This document shows positions 35,732 through 46,245 of a stretch of 46,617 nucleotides of DNA, one piece after another. The notes below the pieces were generated by a model. The model ran no database searches. It had not been told where the DNA came from and saw nothing but the letters and a program-made list of their open reading frames with translations. Both the position numbers and the translations under genes were made by a program. This DNA comes from Convolutriloba macropyga (Eukaryota), in assembly GCF_964194025.1 (NCBI RefSeq), contig NC_134479.1:11425384-11472000 (forward strand), given 5' to 3'. Every line of letters begins with the position of its first letter. Position 1 is the stretch's first letter.

Positions 35732-36157
35732 CGTTAACTTTGGCGAAAAAATCTGACCGACTTCTTTTCAGGGGCTTCCGAGTGGAAATGATGTTTTTCC
35801 GTTTGGTTACTGCTGCTGACTTTTTGGAAGAGCTCATTGACCAACTTCTTGGTCTACGTTGTCGTAGTGTTCTTTTCCGTGATCCGCCGGTCTGTTTTTT
35901 AACGTATTAGAAATGGTGTTCTTGAACGCTTGCTTTTGAGATTTTTTACTGCTTACCACGTCTAGTAGCTCCGGAACGATCTGTTTCAACAGTTCCTTTC
36001 CAATTCGTTTGAAGGTCGGTAGAATGCATCGACGTATTAAGGGTAGAGCAACACGGCCAATACCCGCAGCCAAAGCTCCAAAGCCACTACCTCTTTGTCG
36101 ATAGTATCCAGAAAATTTCGGCAAAGAAGTTGCTTCATTTGCGTATTATGAATCCAT
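35721..36157 (-). pseudogene. Small virion protein with an amphipathic helix and basic tail (adenovirus pVI/core-like Polinton protein)
   Basis: MDS*YANEATSLPKFSGYYRQRGSGFGALAAGIGRVALPLIRR..., then after a frameshift KQTGGSRKRTLRQRRPR...RSRSDFF. QRGSG and QTGG resemble protease cleavage sites. It lies between the penton and MCP genes. Confidence 0.7.
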
Positions 36158-36158
36158 T

Positions 36159-37045
36159 TTAACTTGAAAACTTTTTGAATTGTAACGTCAAGAGAACTTT
36201 TCCTGTTCCCGAGAAGGGAACCAAGTTACCTGTTTCTGTTCGCAGCTCAATAGAAATGGATTGAATTGTGTTTGTCAGTAGCTTTTTGTAATCCAAGTTC
36301 GAAAAAACTATTCGATGTGTTGGTTCCACGTCGCACACACTACCGTTTTTTAGAAGCTGTTTTGAATCAATGACTCGTAAAAGAGGCGCTTTGGCATCAC
36401 CCACGTACTGATATTCAATAATGTTTGCATATACAAATATCAAGTGTTTACCAGCCAACAGATCCGGTGGTAGCTCTCCATAATAAGCTTTTGTGTCGTC
36501 ACTTTTCATTAGTTTATCTGCAGTCGTGTTCATTTTATAGCCAATATGGATACCATTGCCATCAGGAACTCCCTGAAAACCACGGATACTTGGAATTTCC
36601 TTGCTTAGAAACGTAATCCCTTCACGTTTTCCAAACAAAAAATTTCGTATTTTCCAGAATTTTTTATTTCTCTGAAGGAAAAGTGAGGCAGTCCGGCTGT
36701 ACGCTTTATTAATGCTAGAAGCTGATTTACTGTTTCAAATGTCCCTGGAATAAAGCCTAATTTTAATCCATTGTATGGTCGTGAGATAACATTGGCGTCT
36801 GCGGCCCTTTTCGTATCTTCTTCATATTCTTTCAAGCTGAAAGCAATAAAATCCCCCTCCACAACGTTTTCAATTTGCGTTGGAAAGATAATTTCACTCA
36901 ACGCTACCCTCCAGTCGCCAGAAAGTTGAATTCCATCCTTAAAAAAAATTCGAAATGACGCCAGTGTATTTGATTTGAATATTTGCATCGATGCAGATGA
37001 TATAACATGTACTGTGAACTCATCTTCAAATTGATTGCGAGCCAT
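36159..37045 (-). pseudogene. Minor capsid protein (penton, single jelly-roll), one frameshift near 36640
   Basis: FTVHVISSASMQIFKSNTLASF, GDWRVALSEIIFP, IFVYANIIEYQYVGDAKAPLLRVI and ISIELRTETGNLVPF...LTLQFK are characteristic Polinton penton motifs. Confidence 0.9.
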
Positions 37046-37046
37046 T

Positions 37047-37976
37047 TTATTCGCTGCGTTCACGAACCAGCTGTAATTCTGGTTGATAGAATTCACCCTC
37101 TATTTTTTCTTTGTTTGCATCAATAATAGAGTAGGTTGGCGGCGACAACGTCGGAATATCTGTAATCTCAAGTACCTCGTCAGTAAAGGATTGTTTGTAT
37201 GCCTTTCTGAACGCTTTGTCCTTTTTGACAATTCTAACAAAGTCTCCGATATAAAACTTGGGTTTTTGACGGATACTTGTTTGAGCACTCAGTGAGACCA
37301 GCCTCGGTACATTTTTCTTTGTAACCTTATTTGGGGCAAGTTTTGTGACCCGGTTAACACGTGAATTAATTGTGTTCACAAACTGATCCTATTTATCAAT
37401 ATAAGAGTATGTCCAGTTTTCTTCAAGGTATCTGTAGATGATATTTTTCAGCGAGCGAATGTTTCTTTCTGCAAAAGCAGACTTTTTTTCACTAAAGGTG
37501 CTATATAAATGAATCCCTCTTTTCTCACACAAGCTTTTGAAAGCTTCAAGAAACTCTGTACCATCGTCAACCCATATTTTTAATGGTTGTTTGTACTTGA
37601 TCATTTTTTTTGAATGCTTGGCCTGCTTCTGTTGCATATTTATTTTTCATTGGTTCTACTCTTAGATATCGTGACAGACAGTCAACTGCTACCAAAAGGT
37701 ATTTGACATCTCGATTGTACTTTGCAAGTTTATCAACATGAGCTAAATCAAGAGACCAAGTTTCATTAATGTCCTTTACAATGACTTTCAGTCTTGGAAA
37801 CCTTGAACGAATTGAGCGTATTTTGTGAAGGATGGTTTTGCTTCTAAATATGACCTCACTTTAGCCATTGACATTTTGCTTTGTGTATGAAGTCGCTTTG
37901 GGCTACCAAAAGAAGCAAGGCCTTTTGAATAAAGCTGCTCCAAGGTTTTTTCTCTCAGAAGAAGAAAGGATCCCAT
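37047..37976 (-). pseudogene. Retroviral-like DDE integrase, disrupted
   Basis: WSLDLAHV (D), YLLVAVDCLSRY, IWVDDGTEF (D), KSAFAERNIRSLK (E) and C-terminal KFYIGDFVRI...GEFYQPEL. There are frameshifts near 37815 and 37610 and a stop at 37389. No chromodomain. Confidence 0.93.
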
Positions 37977-38721
37977 TTTTTTGGTTGACTCTCTTTTTTG
38001 TTTGTCTTTTTGATTTTGACCTTTTTTCCTGTTGTGGCTCGTTTTGGGTTACCGCTTCCTGATTGTGGACTTTGTTGGGTTGGGAAGAATTCTTGTTCAC
38101 TTTCATAGGCTTGTATAGTTTGCTTGGCGTAAGTGTTTGCAACAAGTTCAGGCTCAACCGGGAGAAGAGCTAAAATTTTAGAGTATTCTGATTGATCAAT
38201 TTTTTAGTAGGATGCTGTAAATCATACAAAAATTTGGAGACTTGTACACTTGTTGGTTCTTGATTGATGTATAGTAACTTGCTTTCCTCTCCAATTGTAA
38301 CTGTTTCCGATTGGAAGATAAGATCAAGCAAAATTTCTGCACGTTGGATTTTGTGTTTTTCTTTCAGTTTCACAAGCCCCATTATTGATTCAAAACTTGC
38401 GTGGGCACTTTCTGGTTTTTATGTGACAACTGGATCAATTTCGCTGTCATCACTAATCGAGTCCATTTTTTCGGGCTCGTCTACTTGTTTGTCCTGCTCT
38501 GTTAACACTGGCTCTGTTTGAACTACTCCATCTGTTCTTTCCACGCTGTCCTCGGAACTTGGCATATTTCTTTGCATGAGTGTTAACTGAGCTGCTCTGT
38601 TTCTATAGGCTGGGTTGTCCAGAATTTCGTTTTTTAATGGTTGTTTCGACATGAACATTCGCTTTGGAATCAGAAAAAATTCTTCTGCATGCACTATGGT
38701 TTTTTCAGGAACAGAAAACAA
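37955..38721 (-). pseudogene. Polinton protein of unknown function upstream of the integrase, disrupted
   Basis: ORFs 38419-38721 and 38170-38382 are in frame across a TAA. A frameshifted tail ends KKWDPFFF*. The position and the EEFFLIP...KKW pattern resemble a recurring Polinton ORF. Confidence 0.55.
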
Positions 38722-38971
38722 GCAAAATTAACCGTTTTTACTAGTTCTATTTCTCTCGCAAAAATTTCCTTTTTCGTCTTCAAACTTGTCTGTTTAGATA
38801 AAATTTTTCTGAATGAGCTGTCTGCGGTTTCTATCAAGTTTTTGTTGATGGGCACGTTACCATTAACTACGTTCAGGAAGCATTCGCAAAGAAAATAAAA
38901 AACTTTTTAGTTGCTGACTTGAATATCTTTTTTAAGTTGATATCCGATACTTGTAGCATTTGCTGAAGCAT
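38694..38971 (-). pseudogene. Small conserved Polinton protein (CECxLNxxxGNVP family), frameshifted; absent from the ORF track
   Basis: Manual translation gives MLQQMLQVSDINLKKIFKSATKKF, a frameshift, then LCECFLNVVNGNVPINKNLIE...LKTKKEIF...*. It overlaps the end of the ATPase gene. Confidence 0.7.
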
Positions 38972-39634
38972 ACATATTTCTTTCTCTTTCATCGGTTAAA
39001 TTTTTAATAACAGCTTTTGCTGGAGGTAAGTAAAAAATTGAGGGGCCTGGAGGCAGAATATTAGAGGAACAACGTAACGCGTCTGACGTTTTTGGGTCGA
39101 GATCAATTAATAAGTGACCAAAAGATTGCTTTGTTGCTAACTCGTAACTTTCTCTAAAAATTGTGTGTTGTTGAGTTGTCGACCAATTAAACCAATTTGT
39201 TGAACATCACGAGGCGATTTAAATAAAATAATGTGTGTTGTATTAAGATCAATAGTTCTGGACCATTTGCTCTGTTAAAACAAGGTGTGTTTCACGTATA
39301 TCACACTGATTTTCTTATGACGTCCAGCAGTCGCTAATTTAGAAAATTCTTTATCATTAAAAATTTCTTCATATGAATCGTCAAATACCAAAAGGCAATC
39401 ATCTAGTTCTGATATTTGCTCAAAACTGGAAAACTTCATAAACTGAATGTTTATTTTTCTCTCAATGAACTGAAATTTAGGTTGTTCATGCTGGTAGAAA
39501 TAAAATATTGATTCAAACTTGGGTGAGAAGGTGTTTTGAAGTAACATTTTGAAAATCAATTCAGTTTTTCCACAACATGATGGGCCACAAACAGCCATAA
39601 AAAGTCTATCGGTAGTTGAAATTATTTTATTCAT
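38907..39634 (-). pseudogene. A32/FtsK-like genome packaging ATPase, disrupted
   Basis: Walker A GPSCCGKT, Walker B LLVFDD and AGRHKKISVIYVKH. After a TAA at 39275 it continues QSKWSRTIDLNTTHIILFKSPRD, and after a frameshift FGHLLIDLDPKT. Confidence 0.93.
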
Positions 39635-39902
39635 AGTTTCGGGTTAGATAGAGCGTATCCGACTGTGCAAGAAAGGAGTGAAAACCAGAATGTTGATTTT
39701 TCACAATCGAGTTTAAAAAACACCAATTTGACCAAAGAAACACCTATAAGAAAAATTATTATAAAAAATTTGGGTAAAATAAACCAGATCTTATCACTCT
39801 AGAGTTACAAAACCGCCAAGATCGCCTTTCTTGGTGATTTTCGTCAAAAACTAAGTCAGTTATAGCTCCTCCAACGTCAATGGTGTCCTCGGGTTGGGTC
39901 AT
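39631..39902 (-). pseudogene. Small protein with two hydrophobic segments (membrane-type) upstream of the ATPase, frameshifted; absent from the ORF track
   Basis: MTQPEDTIDVGGAITDLVFDENHQERRSWRFCNSRVIRS, a frameshift, then FIIIFLIGVSLVKLVFFKLDCEKSTFWFSLLSCTVGYALSNPKL*. Its stop overlaps the ATPase start (ATGA). Confidence 0.7.
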
Positions 39903-40097
39903 TTGAAACAGTTTATTAAATTAAACAATGAATTGAAACTCAGGCTCATGCATAATTAATTGAGAATAAAAAATTCATAACAAACAAATTGTGAGTTTTC
40001 ATCAGTTTTTTTATAAGCATTGTCAGTTTTATCTCTGAACACAACTGACTCAAAGTTGCTGTCTCTGATGCTCTCCTTAATTTCAGCCGGAAGACGT

Positions 40098-40427
40098 TCA
40101 TCTGTTGGAGATATCTGAACTGGTACTGCATGCTTGGGCGTAGGTAAAGGGATTAGTTTCAGTCTTCGCGCTTTCTCTTGAATAGACTTGGTATAATTTG
40201 AAATATTCTAAGAGGGAAAGGTATTTTTTCAGTGTCTCTATTTCTGTTTCAGTACAGGTAACTTGTTGCTTCCTTAGCACAGTTTGACCACGGGTATCAA
40301 CTTTCTCTTCTTTAACAAATGTAACGGTTAGCTGTTCTTCAGCCGTTATGTAACTGTAAACTGTCAAATTTGGAGACAAATTCACCTGAAGGAGAGATGG
40401 AGTTGATTTTTCCAAACGACGACTCAT
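40098..40427 (-). CDS. Maverick accessory protein (109 aa), unknown function, possibly PC4-like
   Basis: ATG ORF overlapping the end of the upstream gene, with an alternating strand pattern followed by VTCTETEIETLKKYL. Confidence 0.45.
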   Translation of the reverse strand: MSRRLEKSTPSLLQVNLSPNLTVYSYITAEEQLTVTFVKEEKVDTRGQTVLRKQQVTCTETEIETLKKYLSLLEYFKLYQVYSRESAKTETNPFTYAQACSTSSDISNR

Positions 40428-40923
40428 TCGTCAGCCACTGATAAAACAATTTGGCCTTCTTATTAGCACATTGTCTACTTCGTTGTCGTTTGGGACAACT
40501 TACCGCATGTAATTCACTATTTGGTATGTCGCGATATAATTTTAGGTTTTCAACCTTTGGACATAACAACGTCTCCAAACTGATAACGTCTCTTTGGAGT
40601 AACTTCTTCAAAGTGTCCGCCTTTTCAGTTCCTTTTGCATAAAATTCGGCAAACGGAAAACGAATTTTGATGCTTTGAATAATTCGCTTCAAATAGCAAT
40701 AGGGGTAATCTCCGCTCTCCCAAGCCAAACCATGAAGAAATTTTGAAACCCACTGGTATGACTTTTGTTCACTTGAGTAAAGTATATTGAATGAACTTGG
40801 GGGTAGGAAAGAAACTGTATCACTGTAATTATGAGAACACACAGAAAGATCTTTGATTATAAAAGCCGATTTCTTTTGTCGAAAGCCTTCAATATCAAGA
40901 ACAACTGGTCGCAGTTTCAACAT
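40339..40923 (-). CDS. Maverick accessory protein (194 aa), DnaQ/DEDD exonuclease-like
   Basis: Intact ORF with N-terminal VVLDIEGF (ExoI-like DxE), LHGLAW, FYAKGTEK, LCP and a C-terminal H...C...CA cluster. Confidence 0.6.
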   Translation of the reverse strand: MLKLRPVVLDIEGFRQKKSAFIIKDLSVCSHNYSDTVSFLPPSSFNILYSSEQKSYQWVSKFLHGLAWESGDYPYCYLKRIIQSIKIRFPFAEFYAKGTEKADTLKKLLQRDVISLETLLCPKVENLKLYRDIPNSELHAVSCPKRQRSRQCANKKAKLFYQWLTNESSFGKINSISPSGEFVSKFDSLQLHNG

Positions 40924-40928
40924 TCCAA

Positions 40929-41360
40929 TTAACTAAACAAATTTTTCTTAAATGTCTTCACATAGAGACAGAAAGCGATGCCTGTCACGTGACCGAGATA
41001 CTCATTTGTGACTGGACAGGGCAATACGTAAGAATAACCTGGTCCTTTTTCGCTGTGTTCAAAGACAAAACCGGAAGCGTCATGGAGAATAGCATGCAAC
41101 CTTAAAATTTTGTAAGCTTTGAAGTATTTGTCAAGTGTAGAATTGTCAATACCAATGAGCCCACCACAGGTTCTTAACTTCAATGCAATATCCAAATCAA
41201 GATCAGGATCCAAGTAAAAACAAGTTGCTAAGAAATACAGATACCTTTCACTATACCCTGAATATTCTTTTTTCACTTGCTGGTATAACTCGTGAATACT
41301 TTTCAAATCAACCGTTGCAATCGTTGCCATTGGGCGGTCCTCTGAGAAATGACACTTCAA
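40929..41360 (-). CDS. Maverick accessory protein (143 aa), possible phospholipase A2-like
   Basis: Open frame with GGLIG followed by a helical LHAILHDASG (HD dyad) and GPGYSY. The assignment is tentative. Confidence 0.45.
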   Translation of the reverse strand: MKCHFSEDRPMATIATVDLKSIHELYQQVKKEYSGYSERYLYFLATCFYLDPDLDLDIALKLRTCGGLIGIDNSTLDKYFKAYKILRLHAILHDASGFVFEHSEKGPGYSYVLPCPVTNEYLGHVTGIAFCLYVKTFKKNLFS

Positions 41361-41534
41361 ACTTATTCACCCAGTTTTTGTCGTATAGGGAAGAGATAGA
41401 AACATAGAAAACAAAAATATTGAGAATTTGCATTTTAATTCAACCAATCCTATTCCCACTGTTAAGGTTTTCAACGGTGACCCATTTAACTCCCCCCATC
41501 TTTCCACCCCTATAATTTTATGACCGCTTAAGAT

Positions 41535-41956
41535 AATCCCCTTTATTCCCATGTTTATTCATCGTAAAAATACCCACTTGAAATAACCCCCTATATTCCC
41601 ATGTTTAAGTATCGTAAAAAATACCGATTTAAAAACCCCCTATATTCCCATATTTAAGTATCGTATTATTTCCCACTCAGCATAAGGCCCTTTATGCACA
41701 CGTTTATGATCCCAGGAATTCCAACTTGGGATCACTCTCTATATTCACATGTTTAAGTATCGTAAAAAAATACCCACCTAAAAAACCCCCTATATTCCCA
41801 TGTTCAAGTATCATAAAAGACCCAATTAATGTCATCCCCTATATTTTCATGTTTAATTACCACAAGGATTACCCTCTCACCATAACCCCCTGAAATCACA
41901 TATTTTAGAATACCCACTCATGATCACTCCCTATATTCCCATGTTTAGTATCGCAT
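41535..41956. repeat. Subterminal tandem array of about nine ~50-bp units at the right end of the Maverick
   Basis: CCCCTATATTCCCATGTTTAAGTATCGTAAAAAATACC variants start near 41538, 41587, 41636, 41687, 41736, 41786, 41837, 41886 and 41929. Confidence 0.85.
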
Positions 41957-42001
41957 GAATACCCCCCCCCCCCGCTCTTAACGCTCTTATTATTTACTAC
42001 T
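41913..42001 (-). repeat. Right terminal inverted repeat of the Maverick
   Basis: Ends ...GCTCTTAACGCTCTTATTATTTACTACT, followed by the TSD CATACA. Confidence 0.95.
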
Positions 42002-44089
42002 CATACATCCATCGCGTTGGTGGCACACCTCGAAGAGGTGCCACAAACAACGAAAAAGCCTTCCTAATGCTACCGGAACATGAATTACCCTTCACTGTAT
42101 GCTAACTGCCGCGAAAATGCCCATCTTACAATCTGACATCGACCCTCAAAAAATGAACTGAAGAACCGATATGAACTTCAGATCATTCAACGCACATTTG
42201 ACCGAGTTACATGAAACTACAAAGCGATCGTTTGTCGCTTATTGCAAATTTGTTTAGATGCAAAAGAATAACAAAGTTTTCAACGCTGAGAAGCTGGATC
42301 TGGCAGGATTTACCAAGTCTTTAGGGTTTATAACGGTTCAGCGATTGTGGTTTTTGAAAAACTCAAATATTTCGATACCATCATTGGGCAACATTTTACT
42401 AGAGAATAATAAGGAAACGTTAATAGGAAGCAAATCGGATCATCTGCAACTTTCTTTGCAGTCTATGAACCATATAGAAGACCCCTTAGTAAGGAAAAAT
42501 CCAAACCAAAGCAAACAGTTTTTGAATGTCCGGAACCTGAACCTCAAAATTCTGCATGTTTGAACAATCCCGTTAAGAAAAAAGTCTACAACTGCTGCCA
42601 AGCGTGCCAAAATTTTGAAACGAATGATTATTAAAGTTCACCGACAGATTAAATATGATAGCAATGAAAATAACGAATCTTCACGAATCGCTCAGAAATC
42701 AGAAATGATGGTATAAATGTTAATGCACTTCGAGAGAAAGTAAAATCAGGAAGCAAAGCTGATAAATTGAGAAAACTGAAAGTATTCAAAGAAATCCAAC
42801 ACGAAAAAGAGCAACAAGAGAGGGTAATGAACGTTCAGATTATTCAGATGCTGAAAACAGACAAAGCTAGACGGACACATTTAAACAAGAAAATGTTTCA
42901 ATTGAGCTTGATAATGAGATGAGTGTCAACGAGTCATTCAGTAAACGAAAGAAAAGGAAAATTGACGTTAAAGATGAAACTGAAGTTAAACAAGAACCTG
43001 AAGATATTGCAAAGTCGGACTTGTTCGATTATGAATCTCTTGCTCAGCAAGAAATTTCATTTCACAACTAATGGAAAGATAAAACTTTTTTAAAAAAATG
43101 ACTTGTTTGATTCAATCAGATTATAGAAGATTTTTTTATTGGAGGTCAAATTTTGCCGGAGCATAATTTTTGGTGCCGATTTTATGCACCGAGAAAAAGA
43201 AATAAAATTTAACGTGGATTTTTCTGTCGTTTTTGACAACCCCTGAATGTCAATGATGTAAATGATGAATCATTTCACACTCGTAATAACGATCATTATT
43301 GGCAACTGAATGTTTTAATTAAGTTCGATTACACCTCAATGGGTTGATAGTAGGCCATTGCGAATATATCATACGACTACAAAAGCCCCAAATGCCACAA
43401 AAATATTAAAATTGCAAGAAAAAATTTGCACGAGAGAAAAAAAGTTGACATCATTAAAACTGTAGGCTTTCCACTCAAAACAATGTGATTCATTGGGTCT
43501 GTAGGACCCATCAGTAAAGTGGCCTGTCATTTTTGTCATAAGACAAAAAGAGACCAAAAACAGACGACATATATATGGAATTATACAAAGTTAATAAATT
43601 TTTATGAAAATTCTTAGTATCAAAAGCAAAACCATTTGGTAAAACATTATAGCGCCGAAGTGGATCATTTTTTGCTTCAATCGAAAGAGATAGGACCTGT
43701 CAATAATGGGACTGAGCTATCAGTGACCGAAGTACAAAGGTATTTTTTTTAAAAAAAAAACAAATATGTTCAATGCCATAGGAGCCCTAAGTTATAAATT
43801 GAAAACATGAGTTAGTTCCACTAATACCACTCCTGGACGTCAATTGAATTTTCGATTAAAAGAGTAAGCCACGAGACTGCAAAATTGCAGGCAATATTCA
43901 AGCTTTCAATAAAAGCCTTGAAAAACTTCTTCAGGGTAATATATTCTCGGAAAATTTATTTTCATTTAGCCTCATTTGCACGTAACTGAAATCTTCTATT
44001 ATTAGACCCTCTATAGGAAAATTGAATCCTATATATTAAACGCGTGGCACCAAAAATGGACAAAATTTTTGCATGTTTGAGGGCCTCTC

Positions 44090-45470
44090 GAAGCTCAGAA
44101 AGTTTTCAAAACCTAAATTTTTCACTTGAGCACTGTAGCCCTGAAGTGGAAAACAGCTGGGTTTTGAAAACTTTTAGAGCGCGGAAGGTCTTCACGACGC
44201 CCAAAAGCTTGCATAAAAATTTCAGGGCAAAGATATTTTAGTCCAAATAAATTAACACCAACTGGGAAAAAACTGTTTTGAAAACCTCACGTCCGGAAAA
44301 CTCTCACGGCATCATGATATCTTTAAAAACACATAGTAGACATCCTTAAAAGCAGTATTTTTATTTGAAAAAAAAATTTATTGCGCTTAAGTGGAAACAG
44401 TGGGTTTTTGAAAACTTTTGAGCTCTGAAAATCTTCATGACGCCCAAAAGCTGTCAAGGAAAGTTTCACGGCAAAGTTATATATGTCAACATAATATAAC
44501 ACCAATTAAGAAGAAGAAGAAAAACTGTTTTGAAAACATCAGATCTGGAAAACTCTCACGACACCATGAGTTCTTCAAAACACAAGATAAAAAATGTTCA
44601 AACGCTTGATTTATCTTTCAAAAAGTTTTTTATTATAATAAAAAGCTTTTTGAAATATAAATCATGCTTTTGAGGATTTTTATCGTTTGTTTTGCAGGGC
44701 TCATGGTGCCGTGAGATTGTTCTGGCGCTTAGGTTTTCAAGACATTTTTTTTCAATTAGAGTAATATTATTTTGACATAAATAACTTTGCCATGTGTGTT
44801 TTTATAAAAAATTTTCTGAGCTCGTGAAGATTTTCTGGGCGTTGTGAAGATTTTCTGGGCGTTGTGAAGATTTTCTGAGCTCAATAAGTTTTCAACAACC
44901 CAATGTTTTCCACTTTAGCGCATTTATTTTTTGTCTCAAATTAAATATTGCTTTCTAGGAAGCCTACCTTGTGTTTGTGAGGATCTAATGGTGCCGTGAG
45001 AATTTTCCGGACATGAGGTTTTGAAAATAGTTTTTCTCAATTGGCGTTATATTATTTTGACATATATAACTTTTCCATGAACGAGCTCAAAAGTTTTCAA
45101 AACCCATTGTTTCCACTTAAGCGCAATTAGAAACCTTTTTCCAAATATAAATACTGCTTTTAAGGTTGTCTACTATGTGTTTTTAAAGATCTCATGGTGC
45201 CGTGAGATTTTTCCGGACCTGAGTTTTCAAAACAGTTTTTTCTCATTTGGTTTTAATTTATTTGGACAAAAAAAATTTGGCCTAAAACTTTTTTTGAACG
45301 CTTTTGGGCGTCGTGAAGATTTTCCGAGCTCAAAAAGTTTTCAAAAACTAACTTTTTCAGTTGAGCGCTAATCAATCTTTTTTGAAATGTTAATCTTGCT
45401 TTTGAGGATTTTCATCTTGTGTTTTGAAGATCTCATGGTGGCGTGAGAGTTTTCCGGTTCTGAAGTTTTC
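44090..45470. repeat. Foldback-like large imperfect palindrome built from ~245-bp tandem units
   Basis: Units beginning GTGGAAA(A)CAG...GTTTTGAAAACTTTT at ~44146 and 44391 recur inverted from ~44650 to 45470. The symmetry centre is TTTTATTATAATAAAA near 44635. Confidence 0.8.
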
Positions 45471-45898
45471 ATAAAATCTAAAAAGTTTTGCAATTCGACA
45501 AAGAAGAGTTAGGCAGTTTCGATCCGTGGAGTGACTGTGGCATAGTCAGGAGTAGGTGTACTTCGTGTCCCAATCGCAACAAGTGGTCATTCAACTCAGT
45601 CAGTTTGCAACTGGATGCTTCATTTGTGATTTGATTGCCGGAACAGAGAACATACTCAATACTGATGCCAAATATGTCAAATTAAAGCAAAATAGCAAAC
45701 ACCTTATGATGATTCGGTCCATTACCTTAGTTTCTATGCATTTAGAAATAAAAAATCAAGTTTTCAATGTCAATTATAAACATCCGTGGCTTATCAATTC
45801 AACTATTCAATTGAGTTTTTCTTTGAACTATATTTGAGTACTGCTTAAGGAAACTTTTTAAGCGTTCCTAAAAAAAGACTGGAGAGAGATCTAACCAG

Positions 45899-46245
45899 AC
45901 TATGGTTCGGTACTAACTTTTATGCAACTATGAGACAAAAATAACCAGACTATGATTCACACTGTTGTGAACTTTCAAGCCCATTTTTCGAAAGAATGCG
46001 AGTATGAGAGGGAATTAGTCATACTATGATTCGCGATATCGCAAACTTCAAAGCCCATTTTTCGAAATAATGCGACTATGGGGGGAATTGACCAGACTAT
46101 GATTCGCGATGTTGCAAACTTGAAACCCATTTTTCGAAATTATGTTACTACGAGAGGGAATTTATCACACTATGATTCGCAATGTTTCGATCATTTAGGC
46201 CTATTTTTTGAAATAATTCGACTATGAGTGGGAATTAAACAAACA
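45899..46245. repeat. Tandem ~74-bp repeat (about 4 units plus a partial one)
   Basis: ACTATGATTCGCGAT...CCCATTTTTCGAAATAATGCGACTATGAGAGGGAATT variants near 45949, 46023, 46095 and 46169. Confidence 0.8.

Larger units (their letters stand above)
24847..42001 (-). mobile_element. Full-length Polinton/Maverick (adintovirus-like endogenous element), 17,155 bp
   Basis: TIRs begin with AGTAGT, the 6-bp TSD CATACA lies at 24841-24846 and 42002-42007, and the element contains pPolB, integrase, ATPase, protease, and major and minor capsid genes. Confidence 0.97.
18275..43071 (+). pseudogene. DDX10: DDX10/DBP4-like DEAD-box RNA helicase, unprocessed (intron-containing) pseudogene split by the Maverick
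   Basis: Exon ~18275-18514 has the Q motif and GAAQTGSGK, then a frameshift before VIPTLEIL. Exon ~21527-22216 has PTREHAYQ, TLGRLLQHMDEN, DGAD (for DEAD), MGF, LLFSATQT, IL-VFLSTCQQ and FAADIASR. Exon 24816-24846 (VDRPEEVKTY) continues at 42008 (IHRVGGTPR). The C-terminal region has MQKNNKVFNAEKLDLAGFTKSLG and ends with a stop at 43069-43071. GRLLQHMDE and the C-terminal extension are typical of DDX10. There are multiple frameshifts and stops. Confidence 0.88.

Noticed and set aside
41535-41956. CRISPR-like appearance of regularly spaced repeats
   Set aside because: Units are degenerate along their full length with no unique spacers, there are no cas genes, and the context is a eukaryotic transposon end.
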